Part shown: one piece after another, positions 12,690 through 25,852 of the stretch
Layout: each line of letters begins with the position of its first letter
Position numbering within the stretch: position 1 is the first letter of the stretch
Source: Tubiluchus corallicola
Lineage: Eukaryota > Animalia > Priapulida
DNA length: 64,000 bases
Reading direction: 5' to 3'
Assembly (NCBI GenBank): GCA_030141605.1
Contig: JAQGDQ010000200.1
Location: forward strand, 1-64,000
Program-made: the position numbers and the translations under genes
Notes under the pieces: model-generated
Database searches by the model: none
What the model saw: only the letters and a program-made list of their open reading frames with translations
What the model was told of the DNA's origin: nothing

Positions 12690-14313
12690 TTAAACGAAGG
12701 CAGGACGATTTTTCATGCACTACCCCATTTTCAAGTCCGATGAAAAATATACATTTTAACACAATTAGTACTGCAAAAGCGTTTCTGATAATTAAATAAT
12801 ATATTAATAATGGCAGGCGAGTTCGACTGTTGAAGACATCACAAATTAACATAATCTTCAACAGCAAAAATATTCTACGAGCGTGTTGCACGTGTTTGCG
12901 ATAGTGAAAATTGAAGTACAGTGCTACTGTAAGATATTCAGTGTGTTGTACTAAAACTAGGCAAGTTCTAAGATAAAAATTCAAATTTACCGCTGTACTC
13001 ACGCATAAGCTGTCGAACATATGTAGTTCGTCACAAACTAACACAATTGAATTGAGAGGTACAGCGCCTTTTTGTGCAATGTGCAATACAGGCGATAGTA
13101 ACCGTCTAACTAATGCGTTTCCGAAATGCAGGCGCGCCGGTCTAACTAGTGAATGGCGAACTGCATGTAACAGTGAAAAACTAGTGGCGCGAACGTAAAA
13201 TTGTGTTTGTGTGGTAATAATTCTTTCGCGTAAGTCATTTTTGAAAAAATAATATGTCTCCTTCCAATATTTTAAAGAATAGATTGTTTTGATCCACTGT
13301 TTAAGATCGGGTCCAGTTTTGCTTTAATTTTTCTTTTAACACATTAATTTAAGAGAAGTTCCTTATTTCTTTTACTACTCTGTGCAATTGTAAATTTTGC
13401 CAAAGTTAGATAAATAAACCGAGTTATGTTTACATACAGATTAACACCATAAAAACTTACGACAAATGAATGAAATATCTCTATTCTACACGCACGTTGT
13501 GTTTGCAGAACAGAAAAATTACAGGAAATTATTTTATTTCAATCGTTCAAGGTCGTTACGATAATTGACTTCATTCACCGAGGAGTTGGGTTGTTTGGAC
13601 TCACATTTCGAGACAGTAAAAATGAAATGCCTGATTTATTGGTGCCACTAGTTCCTGAGGGTTTAGTATTTTCCTCAAAACATAAACATAAACTGAAAGG
13701 AAGACAGGACGATTTTTAATATGCTACTTCATTTTGGAGTTCGACAAAAGTATACATTTTAGCACTATTAATGTTGCAAAAGCGTTTCTGATGATTAAAT
13801 AATAGATTAAAAAATTAATTAATGGCGGGCGAGCCCAACTATTTATGACATCACAAACTAACATAATTTTCAACAGCAAAAATATTGCACGAGCGTGTTG
13901 CACGTGTTTGCGAAAGCGAAAATTGAAGTACAGTGCTGCTGTGAAGAGATTCACTGTGTTGTACTAAAACTAGGCAAGTCTTAAGATAAAAATTCAAATT
14001 TCAAATTTACCGTTGTGCTAACACATGAACTGTCGAACGTGTGTAGTTCGTCACAAACTCACACAACTGAATTGAGAGGTACAGCGCCTTTTTTGTGCAA
14101 TGTGCAATACAGGCGATAGTGCCCGTCTAACTTACGAATGACGAAATGCATTTAGCAGCGAAGAACTAGTAGCGCGAACGTGAAATTGTGTTCGTGTGAA
14201 ATTAATTCTTTCACGTAAGTCATTTTTAAAAAAAAATGGATGTTTCCTTTCAATAGTTTAAAGAGTAGATTGATTTGACCTACAATTTATAATTGGGTCC
14301 GGTTCTGCTTTAA
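12690..14313 (+). mobile_element. Two further family A copies (12690-13327 and 13694-14313)
   Basis: Colinear similarity to 3931-4546; both end GCT-TTAA. Confidence 0.8.
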
Positions 14314-14995
14314 GTAACTTTGCCTTAAAACTTGATTTTAGTTTTTTCAAGAATTCTTGCTTCCTTTCTTTGTGTATAAACTCACACAATGTTTGTATGA
14401 TGATTGTATACGTTTGTGCACGTTTATGTATATATATTTTTATTTTATATTACTGCAACACCAATCAGAACCTTGTTATAAACGAGTTTTTGCTCAAATC
14501 CCGAATAATCATCTTTTCCTATTTCCCCTAGTGGTATTTAGGGTTCAGGCGGCAGATCGAGGCAAAAATTAATTTAACTCTTCCTCGTCAACAGCCAAGC
14601 TCTTCCCCACGGTTCCCATGCACCCCTCTTGAAAATTGAATTTTTGTAGTAGATAATAAAGTACATGTATAGTGATGCATTTATGTTAATTACGATACTT
14701 GTATGATACTTGATACTAACGATAATTTATTTTTCGATTATGTACGATCATTTTCATTTTTGAAAATTATTTATTTTATACAAACAAATTTCTTTATTTT
14801 GTGTGTTTATATAAACGTTTCCTTGTTATATTTTGTGTGTATGAATATATGTGCTGTATCTGTATTTAACGGTACGAAATAAAGGAATAATTATAATAAA
14901 TTTTCGCCCCCCGTTCCTCCCGGTGGGCCCGATTCGAAAAATAAACCCCCAATGGCACGAAACAAAATCGAGACATTTTATTTGATATATAGATC

Positions 14996-15683
14996 GCCGC
15001 AAACATTTCGTGTTTCAGGAAAATTAAACAAACACAATGTAAGGATCTGGGGATCAGAACACCCCCATGTGACTACGGAGCTTCAACAGGATAGTCCAAA
15101 AGCGAATGCTTGGTGTGGAATTATGTGCAATCGAATAATTGGTCCATTTTTCTTCCACGAAGCATCAATTACTGTGACCTTGACCTTTTGACCGAATATG
15201 TGGCACCAGAACTGAATGACTTTCAACCAACCATCATTTACCAGCAAGATGGTGCACCACCACATTGGGGACTGCATGTTCGTCAGTTCCTCAATCAAAC
15301 ATTTCCAGACCGGTGGATTGGCAGGGATGGGTCAATTCCATGGCCACCACGTTCATCGGATATCCCTTGGGCTTCTTTCTATGGGGTTATGCGAAAGATA
15401 TCGTGTGTCGAACAAAAATACTGGACATTAGTGACTTGAAGCAAAGGATTTCTGATGCCATCGCCACCATTGATGAGGCTATGCTACAGCGAGCATGGCA
15501 AGAAATCGTGTACCGTCTTGATGTGCTTCGGGCAACTAATGGTGCCCATATAGAGGTTTATTAAATGAGTTAAAAAAACTTTGACAACCACTGATTACAT
15601 TAGAACAAATCTAGTTAACAAATTTTGTCAACTGCCTTTGTAATAAGTTTTTAAAGTTGTAAAGAGACTTTATAGACACACTG
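14996..15683 (+). mobile_element. 5'-truncated Tc1/mariner-superfamily transposon with frameshifted DDD transposase
   Basis: Three overlapping frames give NKHNVRIWGSE, IGPFFF, YQQDGAPPHW, WIGR..WPPRSSD and FFLWGY. Right terminus ...TTTATAGACACACTG is followed by TA at 15684. Confidence 0.9.
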
Positions 15684-16189
15684 TATATGTGTGTATTGTT
15701 ATATTTATAACATACTACCGAAATTAATTATACAGATATTATAGTTAGTCTTCTACATGCATTACAGTGAACTAATTAACTGTAGTTAATTACCTATCTG
15801 CAGCTTGTGTTGATTTCATTTGAAATTGAAAATGTGGCCTCATTGTACATCCTGGGTCTTCAGGAACAATGAAAATTTCTATAATTTCTGCTGCGCGCTG
15901 TTCATATACAGCAACTCTTGGCTAGAATATCACTCACCAGAGATTTTCATCAGAAAATTTTTGAAACACTAACTCCTCTTTTTCACAGACGTCCATTTCA
16001 CTAGTTTCATCATTTGGTCTGCCTGCAAATACAGTAGTACCTCTGTTTTCGTTCCTAAAAGGTGTTTGAAAACCGATTTGGCTGAGTACTGAATCATTTA
16101 TTCTCATAAGAAATAATGTAATCCGTTCTCAAGTACCAAATGGACTGTAAAATATTACTAAAACACAGTATCTGCCAAGCAGAATTCAT

Positions 16190-16333
16190 TGTTCAAAAAC
16201 GATGATATCGTCGATTTCGGTATGCGTACATCGCCGCAAGATCGGAAACACGAACTCCATTCTCATGTGTTGCTATGATTTCTTTCTTTAGTTCTATAGT
16301 CGCTCTCGTAATTTTTCGTTTTCCTTTGTCACC
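16190..16333 (-). pseudogene. Tigger/pogo (CENP-B-type HTH) transposase N-terminal fragment
   Basis: Minus strand reads KRKITRATIELKKEIIATHENGVRVSDLAAMY, a frameshift, then PKSTISSFL, the psq-type HTH of Tigger-like transposases. Confidence 0.75.
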
Positions 16334-16712
16334 GTATCTGTATCTGTATGCCTTTGTCACCTGTATCTGTTTGCCTGTATCTGATTAGTGAATCTTTCTG
16401 CTGTTCAATATTCGCACGCCTTTTTATCTTTAGTTTCCTAGATTACAGTCCTGATGACTTCGACTCTTATGGGTTTTTCTTGATACCAAAATAACGCAAG
16501 TGCGAAATTGTTTAAATTGAAGGAAAGGTCAACCCGACTGGGAGGTCTTACTTCTATGTTCGTGAAAAATGTTAGAAGGATTTAGTAATAAAACTGCAAT
16601 TAGTGCCTCGTGTATAACTAGCAAAATCACTTTAAAGTCGCGATCAAAACAGTAACACAGTAAAACAGTAAAAGAAACCCAACACACTGAGAGACTTTCT
16701 CTTTCCTCTAAT

Positions 16713-17090
16713 CCTACCATTGGAATTCTCTACCATTACAGATTAAACAAATCAAGTCCCTATCAGCATTTAAAACAAAATTAAAATCACTAATATTAAC
16801 CAGATATGAAATAGCATCACACCAGCAATAACATACACTAATTCAGAATTTATATATCCACGGCCATATTAATTAAATCATAATTTTGTCATTTTTTGTG
16901 CACAGTTGTAGATATGTTTGATTTTATTCGTCGTTATTTTCCATTACTACACAGTAGTTTAGATTGCACTGACGCAATTTGCCGTTAGCAGTGTAAGTTT
17001 TTATTAACTAACACTGATTGATCATCTCTGTAAAGTTTTTATCAGTGATTATCAATGTATTAAAATGGCAAATAAAGATTAAAGAAAAAA
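16713..17090 (+). mobile_element. LINE 3' fragment interrupted by a family B copy
   Basis: WNSLPLQIKQIKSLSAFKTKLK C-terminal motif; AATAAA and A-rich end near 17071-17090. Confidence 0.6.
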
Positions 17091-17284
17091 CTTACTACCT
17101 ATTAAAATGTTGTGCGCTTGGCGCCCTGTAGGCAACTGTCTCATTTGCCTAAGAGCATAGCTGGCCCTGTTTAGGTTGCTCGCATTATTTTGCCCATTTT
17201 TGCCCATCGCATTTGTTCAACGAGTGGCATTGATCACGGTTAAAGACAGTTCCTTCTCGAAAATCCGGTTTTAAATGTATATGA

Positions 17285-17476
17285 GTAATAAACAAACGTA
17301 TAGGGGCAGTGTTTACTAGGCGAGGCGTGACGTAGGGGCAGTGAGGTAGATAGCATACCTTTCGAATGAGCGTAGCTGTTTTTGAAGGGAATACATTGCT
17401 TTAGTTTAACGTGCAAGTTTTGTGGGGACTTTTTGAGTAAAGGAAAATTCGATTAGAGTGATACTGTGGAACTACA
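17285..17476 (+). promoter_or_regulatory. Candidate SLC6 promoter / 5' UTR
   Basis: Unique CpG-richer sequence upstream of the mini-exon; forkhead TGTTTAC (17310), CRE-like TGACGT (17328), duplicated TAGGGGCAGTG. Confidence 0.35.
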
Positions 17477-17497
17477 ATGCCACAATCGAAGTCATAC
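17477..17497 (+). CDS. Probable first coding mini-exon of the SLC6 gene (MPQSKSY)
   Basis: acaATG context, 7 codons, then a perfect phase-0 donor TAC|gtaagt, compatible with the phase-0 acceptor at 31951. Preceded by a CpG-richer promoter-like stretch. Inference only. Confidence 0.5.
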
Positions 17498-19210
17498 GTA
17501 AGTTATTTTCTTTTCACAAAGTTGACTGATTGTTTGTAAACACCGCCGGTTAATTAAGCAGCCCAGGGCGGCTGTTAAGAAAATCATCGGCGCTCCCACT
17601 TCTACATCTCGTAGCTCTATATTTATGATCCCGCGTTGTTATATTGATTTTTTATTTGATCACTGTACTGAAACGATGCTATTAGCTTTTGAAATATAGC
17701 AAGTATTAATTTTTGCATATTGTAATTCTATGTACTAACTGAAGGTGTTTTTGAATATTATATCCGTAAGTTCTAATTAAGGCGGTAAGATGAGAGCGAA
17801 GAAACAGAATTCTAGATTGACAAAATCAATTTTATCGATCAGTGATAAAATATTTCGTTTATTAATCGAAACAGCAACTCGTCTGAGTGGCAAATTTTAC
17901 GTTATAATTATTACAACTATTGACTAGTCTATTCCATAGGAAAAAAGCTATGCTCTTGAATGCATGTAAGTCTATATTAATTAACGAATATATGTATGCT
18001 TTAAAAAGGGAAGGTAATTAGAACAAAAGTTCACTGCTATCATTACAATATAAACGCAACCATTTTTTTATTTTATTACGAAAGCACCAAACAACAATAC
18101 AATATAGCAAAATACATTATGATAAAATGGTATACATACCTACATGAATTTCATAATAAAACTGACATGACATGATATCTATATAAATCGTTGTTTGCAT
18201 TATAGTGACAAGCATTACTTGTATGACTATAATGCAATTAATGGTGCTGGTGTTAGGGTGCAAAACAGGGAAGGTAAAAAATGATGGAATGATAGTGGAG
18301 AGTGCAGGAGATGGGAATTAGTAGGATTAGGTTAGTGAAATTATGTGAATGAGAATGAATATGATTGCTATTAGGGCATCGCAACAATATATCAATATTT
18401 ATGAACAGAAGTACCCTTATGTGCCAGTCTGTCAATTACTGTGAATCTGAACATGCGTCACATACTATACAAGCTTAACCTTTAATACGAATTTAAGAAT
18501 GAAGTTTTCAAACTCTTGTTGAATCTTGGTGGCGACGAAATTGACATATTAATGACGAAATTAACAAACTAGGCGAAAAGGGAACGGTGGAATTGAATTG
18601 TACAGCTTAGTTTGGTCCTCATTCCTAAGAGACGTTGCCTTTCAATGACTTTTTCACGTTACGCAAATATTTTTAGTTAGGGTCACGTGGTGTAAGACAA
18701 CACTCCATTGGAATGTGGATAGTAGTGGGTAACCTAGAGGTATAATGGCGTCAGTGTCCTTCAAAAAAATCTGCACCTACGTTTAAGCTACAAGGCAACG
18801 GTCAATTTGCATATATATGACAAATATCTAAACAAATTTTTTTACTTTGTAGTCCTTTCAAGCTGAAAAAAGCAAATTTGCATATATATGACAAATATCT
18901 AAACGAAATTTTTACTTTTTAGTCATTTCAAGCTGATGAGTCCAATGTACTTCAGTTAATTATACAAAACGCGCAAAATACGCCAAATTCATGAATTGAG
19001 ACGTTTCTGGGTTTCTTTAAACATTTTCAAAACACACATAATTTGAACAGTTCTGTGAGAAAAATGCACGACTAACTGGGCAATTACCTTGTAAAGCTTT
19101 ATAGGACTTCGTTACATACTAATTGTACGTTAACAGAGGTTTTTACTGGCGTCCTAGTCTAATTGTTGTCACGAGTCGTAAATGCGTGCGTGTAATAGTA
19201 AAACAGGTTA

Positions 19211-19950
19211 ATTAAGGAACCTCTGGCTTGGAGCATATAACTACAGCACCCACAACAATGCACGTAAGTACTGAACTAGCAAAACCCACTGAATTAAGGA
19301 ACCTCTGGGTTGCAGCATATAACTACAGTACCCGCAACAATGCACGTAAGTACTGAACTAGCAAAAACCACTGAATTAAGGAACCTCTGGGTTGCAGCAT
19401 ATAACTACAGTACCCGCAACAATGCACGTAAGTACTGAACTAGCAAAAACCACTGAATTAAGGAACCTCTGGGTTGGAGCATATAACTACAGTACCCGCA
19501 ACAATGCACGTAAGTACTGAACTAGCAAAACCCACTGAATTAGGGAACCTCTGGGTTGGAGCATATAACTACAGTACCCGCAACAATGCACGTAAGTACT
19601 GAACTAGCAAAACCCACTGAATTAGGGAACCTCTGGGTTGGAGCATATAACTACAGTACCCGCAACAATGCACGTAAGTACTGAACTAGCAAAACCCACT
19701 GAATTAGGGAACCTCTGGGTTGGAGCATATAACTACAGTACCCGCAACAATGCACGTAAGTACTGAACTAGCAAAACCCACTGAATTAGGGAACCTCTGG
19801 GTTGGAGCATATAACTACAGTACCCGCAACAATGCACGTAAGTACTGAACTAGCAAAACCCACTGAATTAGGGAACCTCTGGGTTGGAGCATATAACTAC
19901 AGTACCCACAACAATGCACGCAAGTACTGAACTAGCAAAAACCACTGAAC
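19211..19950 (+). repeat. 82-bp minisatellite, about 9 copies
   Basis: Unit AATTAGGGAACCTCTGGGTTGGAGCATATAACTACAGTACCCGCAACAATGCACGTAAGTACTGAACTAGCAAAACCCACTG. Confidence 0.97.
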
Positions 19951-20876
19951 AATCTAGTCGTGACCCTGATTCTGGCTTTAGAACGGTGCGAATTTACAAG
20001 GCTTTAGCACTTCCTTATGTATTACAAACAGCCAAGGCTGAGAGCGATCAGAATCTTAGACTTAATTTAACAGTTGAATAATTTGTAAACTTATAGTTAA
20101 AGAACTTTTCCATTCATTTCTCGCGTTTAACTTTCGCTCTAATCAACATTTTTGCTGGTTTGTAAACAATGCATTAACAATTTCAAACTTTAAGATGCGA
20201 CAGAGGCAGAAAAACAAACAAGCGACACACATCTGCACATCAAAAGTAAACAAAGAGAGCAAAAACAACAAAGCAGATCTAAATGTTGTGTTTTTTTCTA
20301 GAATTCATTATCGAATTTCTCATTTTATCCACTTGAATACATTTCCTGAAACACCTGAAACAAATTTCACACTTATAAACATTTCTTCTCTTTCATCAGC
20401 CCGGAAAAGTTCGACTCATCCACCCATGTTTGGGGGTGGCATTCTGGAAAAAAATGCGGGAGCAATATTTGTTATAGCTGATAGTTTAAGGGGAAAAATC
20501 GAGTATTCACTGAATTTTACGTTATTTTTGAGGTTTCTAAACCACTGGTGCGTGTTAGTGATCTTTAGAAGTAACTTAATTGAGTTTTGAACTTTGATAA
20601 ACGAACATCCAGTGTGTTTTAATACTTCGAACTAATTTATCGTTTTCCTTTGCGAGAACTTTCGAAAGCTATAAAGAGTTTTAAGGACACCTCCAAAAAG
20701 TACTTACAACAAAATTTAGTAGATTTCTTTCAGTTAAAGCGAGTTTTATAAAGTCTTGATAACCCATTTTATGTGAAAACGTTAAACACATAATAAAGGT
20801 ATGTTCAGCTAGACAGACAACCGGATCTGGACAGAGTTGGAATATAAACAAGGAGAGTCAACACTTAACAGTCAGA

Positions 20877-21140
20877 ATCTGGCAATACTATTGTTCATTA
20901 TCATCCGGCAACACTGTTGTGCATTATCATCCGGCAACACTATTGCGCATTGATATCCGACAACACTACTGCACATTATCATCTGGCAACACTACTGCAC
21001 ATTATCATCCGGCAACACTACTGCACATTATCATCTGGCAACACTACTGCACATTATCATCCGGCAACACTATTGCGCATTATCATCCGGCAACACTACT
21101 GCACATTATCATCCGGCAACACTATTGCGCATTATCATCA
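20877..21140 (+). repeat. 26-bp minisatellite, about 10 copies
   Basis: Unit TTATCATCCGGCAACACTAYTGCRCA. Confidence 0.95.
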
Positions 21141-22129
21141 CATAGAACCTTTTTCTGGGTTTGTGTCACAACTTAGTTGCTTATGGCGTAGTAAGGATTC
21201 CGTGTAAAAATTTCACCTTGTAGAACTTTGGCATAAGTTTTGAATAGTCACGAAGTTCACTAAGTTCAAGGACGAGTATTGTAGTTGGTAATAACCGCGG
21301 GTTAGACTCGAACTTGCATTATGCAGAGTCTAGTTCTCAGCTCTGTGTCTATGGCAAAGCTCTATCTATGGCAAAGCCGAGACATGTCACGTCTATATTG
21401 GTAAAAATTTGCTACGAGATCTTCTGTCTCAATGAAAACTTTAAGTCAATTAAACTTGAAACTGCTTTTGCCGCGTGGGTTGATGGGTCAATTGACCAGG
21501 CTGTGTGACCTTACACTACAAAGTTCTGGATTCAAATCCTAGTTGAATCTAAATTTTTGAGAACCTCTTTGCTTTCTAAGCTTGGCAATTGATTGAAGAT
21601 CGTTTATCTGAACAAACAAACAAGGTAGTAAGCAAACACGCAAACAAATTCGCAGCTACGTTGCTAGATATTTTGAAATCATTTTGCAAACTTATTATTA
21701 ATTTATCACTTGGAAATCTTAACTTTTGAAGTGAACTAGCTACGACAACCACTGAAAACACGATCCTAAGACTGACAACTCGAACTGGAAAGGAAATCAA
21801 CTTCGAAGAGTTTGCTAGGTCACAATAAAAGGACCGTCTTTTTGCTGGCTATTGTACCTAATTCATTTATTATTAGTCTGCACAAATCTAAGCTTTGGTG
21901 TCACTTTTAGGCTATCCGCATTCAGTTTTTTTCTTGTTAGGACACATTAGTCAATACTAAGCATTTTGGTATCAAGTTGCATCATGGGATATAGTGACGT
22001 CACAGACATATCTTTCGACATGTTACTTTCACTTTCAAATTACTTTCGTCTGTTTGGGTTGGTTTGTGAAAGCTATGGCAACAGACCAAGAATGAAATAT
22101 TGTAAAACTTGCGTGGTTACAACTTTTAA

Positions 22130-22530
22130 CAGGTCTTTCTCGAGATTACACGTATCAAAATTTTCATTTGCTAACAGAGTTGTAAACATTTGAAATGCTC
22201 TGGACTCTCGTGTAGTTCTCGCTACCAGTTTGTCGGTTTTCACTAAAAGATTAGCTAATGTTAATTTACTGCCCTATTGCAACTTTATCCGAAACATGTA
22301 ACACTGTCATTGGTGTAATTGGTTCTCTCCGAATCGTATTATTGCATAAAACGTGTTGTAGATAGTATATAATTCATATTTAGGTCATTTTATATTTATA
22401 TAAATTTTATTTTTGTGCATCTTTTTATAGGAAGAGCGTAAGTGCGCATGCGCCTGCTGATTCTTTCTTTTATAGCTATACAATTTTAATATATGTATAA
22501 ATGTGAAATAAATAAAAAATAAAAAAGGAA
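22130..22530 (+). mobile_element. LINE (CR1-like) 3' fragment
   Basis: KFSFANRVVNI*NALDSRVVLATSLSVFTKRL, where the Trp codon has mutated to a stop; A-rich tail near 22510. Confidence 0.7.
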
Positions 22531-24713
22531 AACTTGTTAACTTTCATAGGCAAGAAAATGCACATTTTGGACAGTAAATTAAAATGAGATTGAGTCTAAA
22601 CAATCGTCCGGTTTTCCTTTAACGTTGAAATAACTTTTACGAACTTTACACCAGTTTGACTGAATTTGTCCCGTCTTATCACATATAGTTCTCGATCTGG
22701 CATCCAACTGTTGTTCGCAAACGAATAGAATTTAGCAACGTCTTCAAAATTTTTGTACAACCGTAGTTATGAAGCCATACGTGGGCTAGTTTGTGAAAAC
22801 TGATGAGTTTAGGATAAAGTAACGGTTTACTTTGTTAATAAAATTTATAGTAGTGGGCATGGCCTATTTCAGCCTAAGCGAGGCCCGGGGAAGTGAGGGG
22901 TGTGAGGACGCTCGGGGGGGGGGGGGGCGAAGCGCCGGGGAGCGGACGCCACCATGGTTGGCGCTCAGAAAATTTTTGAACTGCTTGAACGCCGGAAAAG
23001 CATTTTCGAAGAGAAAATATGGAGTTATACAGTTGTTAAAGGAAAGAACAATTGAAAGAAAAACTGCTTTTTTCAAGACCAGTCCTTAATACTTGTCAAA
23101 TAGTTAAATCAAAAACAACATTACAAGCCGATGTTAGAAATTCCGAAATTGAAAACAGCTGAACATCGGCACCGAGCCGCACAAGGCAAACGGCGGGTGA
23201 GGCCCCGGGGAAGTATCCCCACTTCCCCCCTTGAAATAGGGCCTGGTAGTGGGGAAGAAAAGGGAAATGTCTCAAGAAACTTTCCATGCAAAGTTATTTT
23301 ACTCTCCATTAATGTAGCTGTTTGACAGTTTATGTAACTGAAAAAGAAATTTTTTAAATAAATTAAATTGTTCGCTCCGTCTGATAAAACAGCACTGCAT
23401 TCCCCGCCGTCTGCAACACTTGTTCACTAAAACACATCATACTTATGGTTATTGACATCATAAAGTAATTTAAACGTCTGGATAATTAGCGAAACTGGAC
23501 CACGAATGCCCTGATTATTTTTTAAACTTTACTCAGTGTTATCTAAACTTGTTTCAAACGACCTACCATCATAATGACTGCGACTAACTGGAAATTCAAA
23601 TTTACATGTTTTGTACAGCGTTACTGCTAATGCATGCGTATCCTATATGCAATAAGACAGCATGTAAGTGAACAAAGACAAATTTCTTAAGCTTTATTAA
23701 TGAAGAATGTTTTCTTGAGCTAAAAGCAATTGAATGGTGTCAATACGTGACTTATAATTCCGGTTGCCTCACTTTAAAATGTTTAACTTTTTGGAGACTG
23801 TACAGCGATACTAAATTAGATGCTCCGGGTCGTATTCTGCTAACAGAAGATGTAATTATACGATGTCACCCCAGAACCGGTTTCTTACTCAAGGAGCGGA
23901 TAGTACGAAACTGATGCTGTCCTTTATAACATTGAGAAAAATTATTACCAAAGAATTTTCAAAGGAATAAAAAAAGCACAATCAGAGCTTATTCAATGCA
24001 CCAAGAAAGTGCAAAGATTTTATACTTACCCAGTAGAAAAATAATAAACTGTTTCTGTTCGTTTTTTTGTTAAGTTGCTGATTATTTTTGTTTGTACATG
24101 CCTTACTTGACATGTCGCTTAATTTTCTTCAATTTGGATAGGGGTGGTTGACTTGGTGACGCTTGATCTTTTCGCCACCCCGTCTCTTTTCCATCTTTAT
24201 TTTAGTTTTTTGCTTTTGTTTATGTTGATTTTGTAACATTCAGAGACAAATAAAATTTTTTTCTTTACTTACTTACTTGTGTGTGTGTGCGCGTGCGTGC
24301 GTGTGCGTGTAGCATATTAAAGTTATTAATAAATACAGTTTAAATTAAGTTAAAGTATTACTTTACAAGATCTTTATGTGCCAACCTATAAATCAACAGC
24401 TACGTTTTTAAGCAGCCATTTGACGAAGCAATGACGTAAGAAGAAAGGCACAGAGACTATACAAGCCTACAATATCCTACTGTATGCATACTACTGATGC
24501 AAATGTCACAGCAGGTAAAGAAAACAGGATCAACATTCCTAAATTCCTATATGTCTTGAGGCATAAACAATTGAAAGCGTCTATTTGACGCTGGACGACT
24601 TTTTGACAAGGACCTATTGTCGGTTTCTTAATGACAGGAAAGCTGAGTCAACTTTTAAACTTTAGTTGCCAGGCTTAGGGCATTCTGTGAAGTACAGTAG
24701 CACAAGATGGTGA

Positions 24714-24801
24714 CTGGCTTGCTTCAGATACTGGCTTACTTCAGATGCTGGTTTACTTCAGATGCTGGCTTACTTCACACGCTGGCTTACTTCAGATGCT
24801 G
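24714..24801 (+). repeat. 17-bp tandem repeat, about 5 copies
   Basis: Unit CTGGCTTACTTCAGATG. Confidence 0.9.
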
Positions 24802-25238
24802 TTTCTAAACTTGATGAGGAGGTTGCGGAAAACACGGGAAACTTCAGTTCATTAATTTAGTGCTGCTTCTTACACAAAAAATCCACAAAACATGATTCAC
24901 GTGACACCTAGCTTACCCAGCGCTAATTCTTTCATGAAAATGTTTCACATTGTCAGAAAAAATGAGTCCAATTATTCACCCGTGTATATTTTATGGACAA
25001 TTTTGTCTGTTTTTCTGCAAATCTTCTAATGTGTTCTTAAATGTACTCAACGTTTGCCATAACCATCTCCATAAGTTTCCATAAGTTTATTTGTTTTTGA
25101 ATCGCAATTTAGGCCTAAAGAAAGTACCTTGTGGGCAGTACAGTAACAACGGAGCTGTTCAGTTGATTCGAACCGAATGTCACAATCGAAATCGGTTTGT
25201 GACCATACCCACACATTCGTTTAAAACTATAATCAGAC

Positions 25239-25852
25239 TTAAATCCGTGAAAATTTGCCATTTCTGCTCTTGAGTTAAATCAGTGCAAACTCTTGTTACG
25301 GTACCTAATTTTAACCATAGCTTTTAAATCCGTGGATACGTCCTTTAAGTCCGCGAAAATTTGCCATTTCTGCTCTTGAGTTAAACCTGTGCAAACTCTT
25401 GTTAATGTACCTAATTTTAGCCATAGATTTTAAATCTGCGAATACGTCCTTTAAATCCGTGAAAATTTGCCATTTCTGCTCTTGAGTTAAATCAGTGCAA
25501 ACTCTTGTTACGGTACCTAATTTTAACCATAGCTTTTAAATCCGTGAATACGTCCTTTAAGTCCGCGAAAATTTGCCATTTCTGCTCTTGACTTAAATCA
25601 GTGCTAACTCTTGTTACTGTACCTAATTTTAGCCATAGATTTTAAATCTGCGAATACGTCCTTTAAATCCGTGAAAATTTGCCATTTCTGCTCTTGAGTT
25701 AAATCAGTGCAAACTCTTGTTACTGTACCTAATTTTAGCCATAGATTTTAAATGCGTGGATACGTCCTTTAAGTCCGTGAAAATTTGCCATTTCTGCTCT
25801 TGAGTTAAATCAGTGCAAACTCTCGTTACTGTACCTAATTTTAACCATAGCT
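25239..25852 (+). repeat. About 106-bp tandem repeat, about 6 copies
   Basis: Recurring GAAAATTTGCCATTTCTGCTCTTGAGTTAAATCAGTGCAAACTC at about 106-bp spacing. Confidence 0.95.

Noticed and set aside
21470-21550. tRNA-like B-box (GGATTCAAATCC); similar minus-strand motifs near 46855-46890 and 61390-61440
   Set aside because: No cloverleaf can be folded; at most decayed SINE heads.
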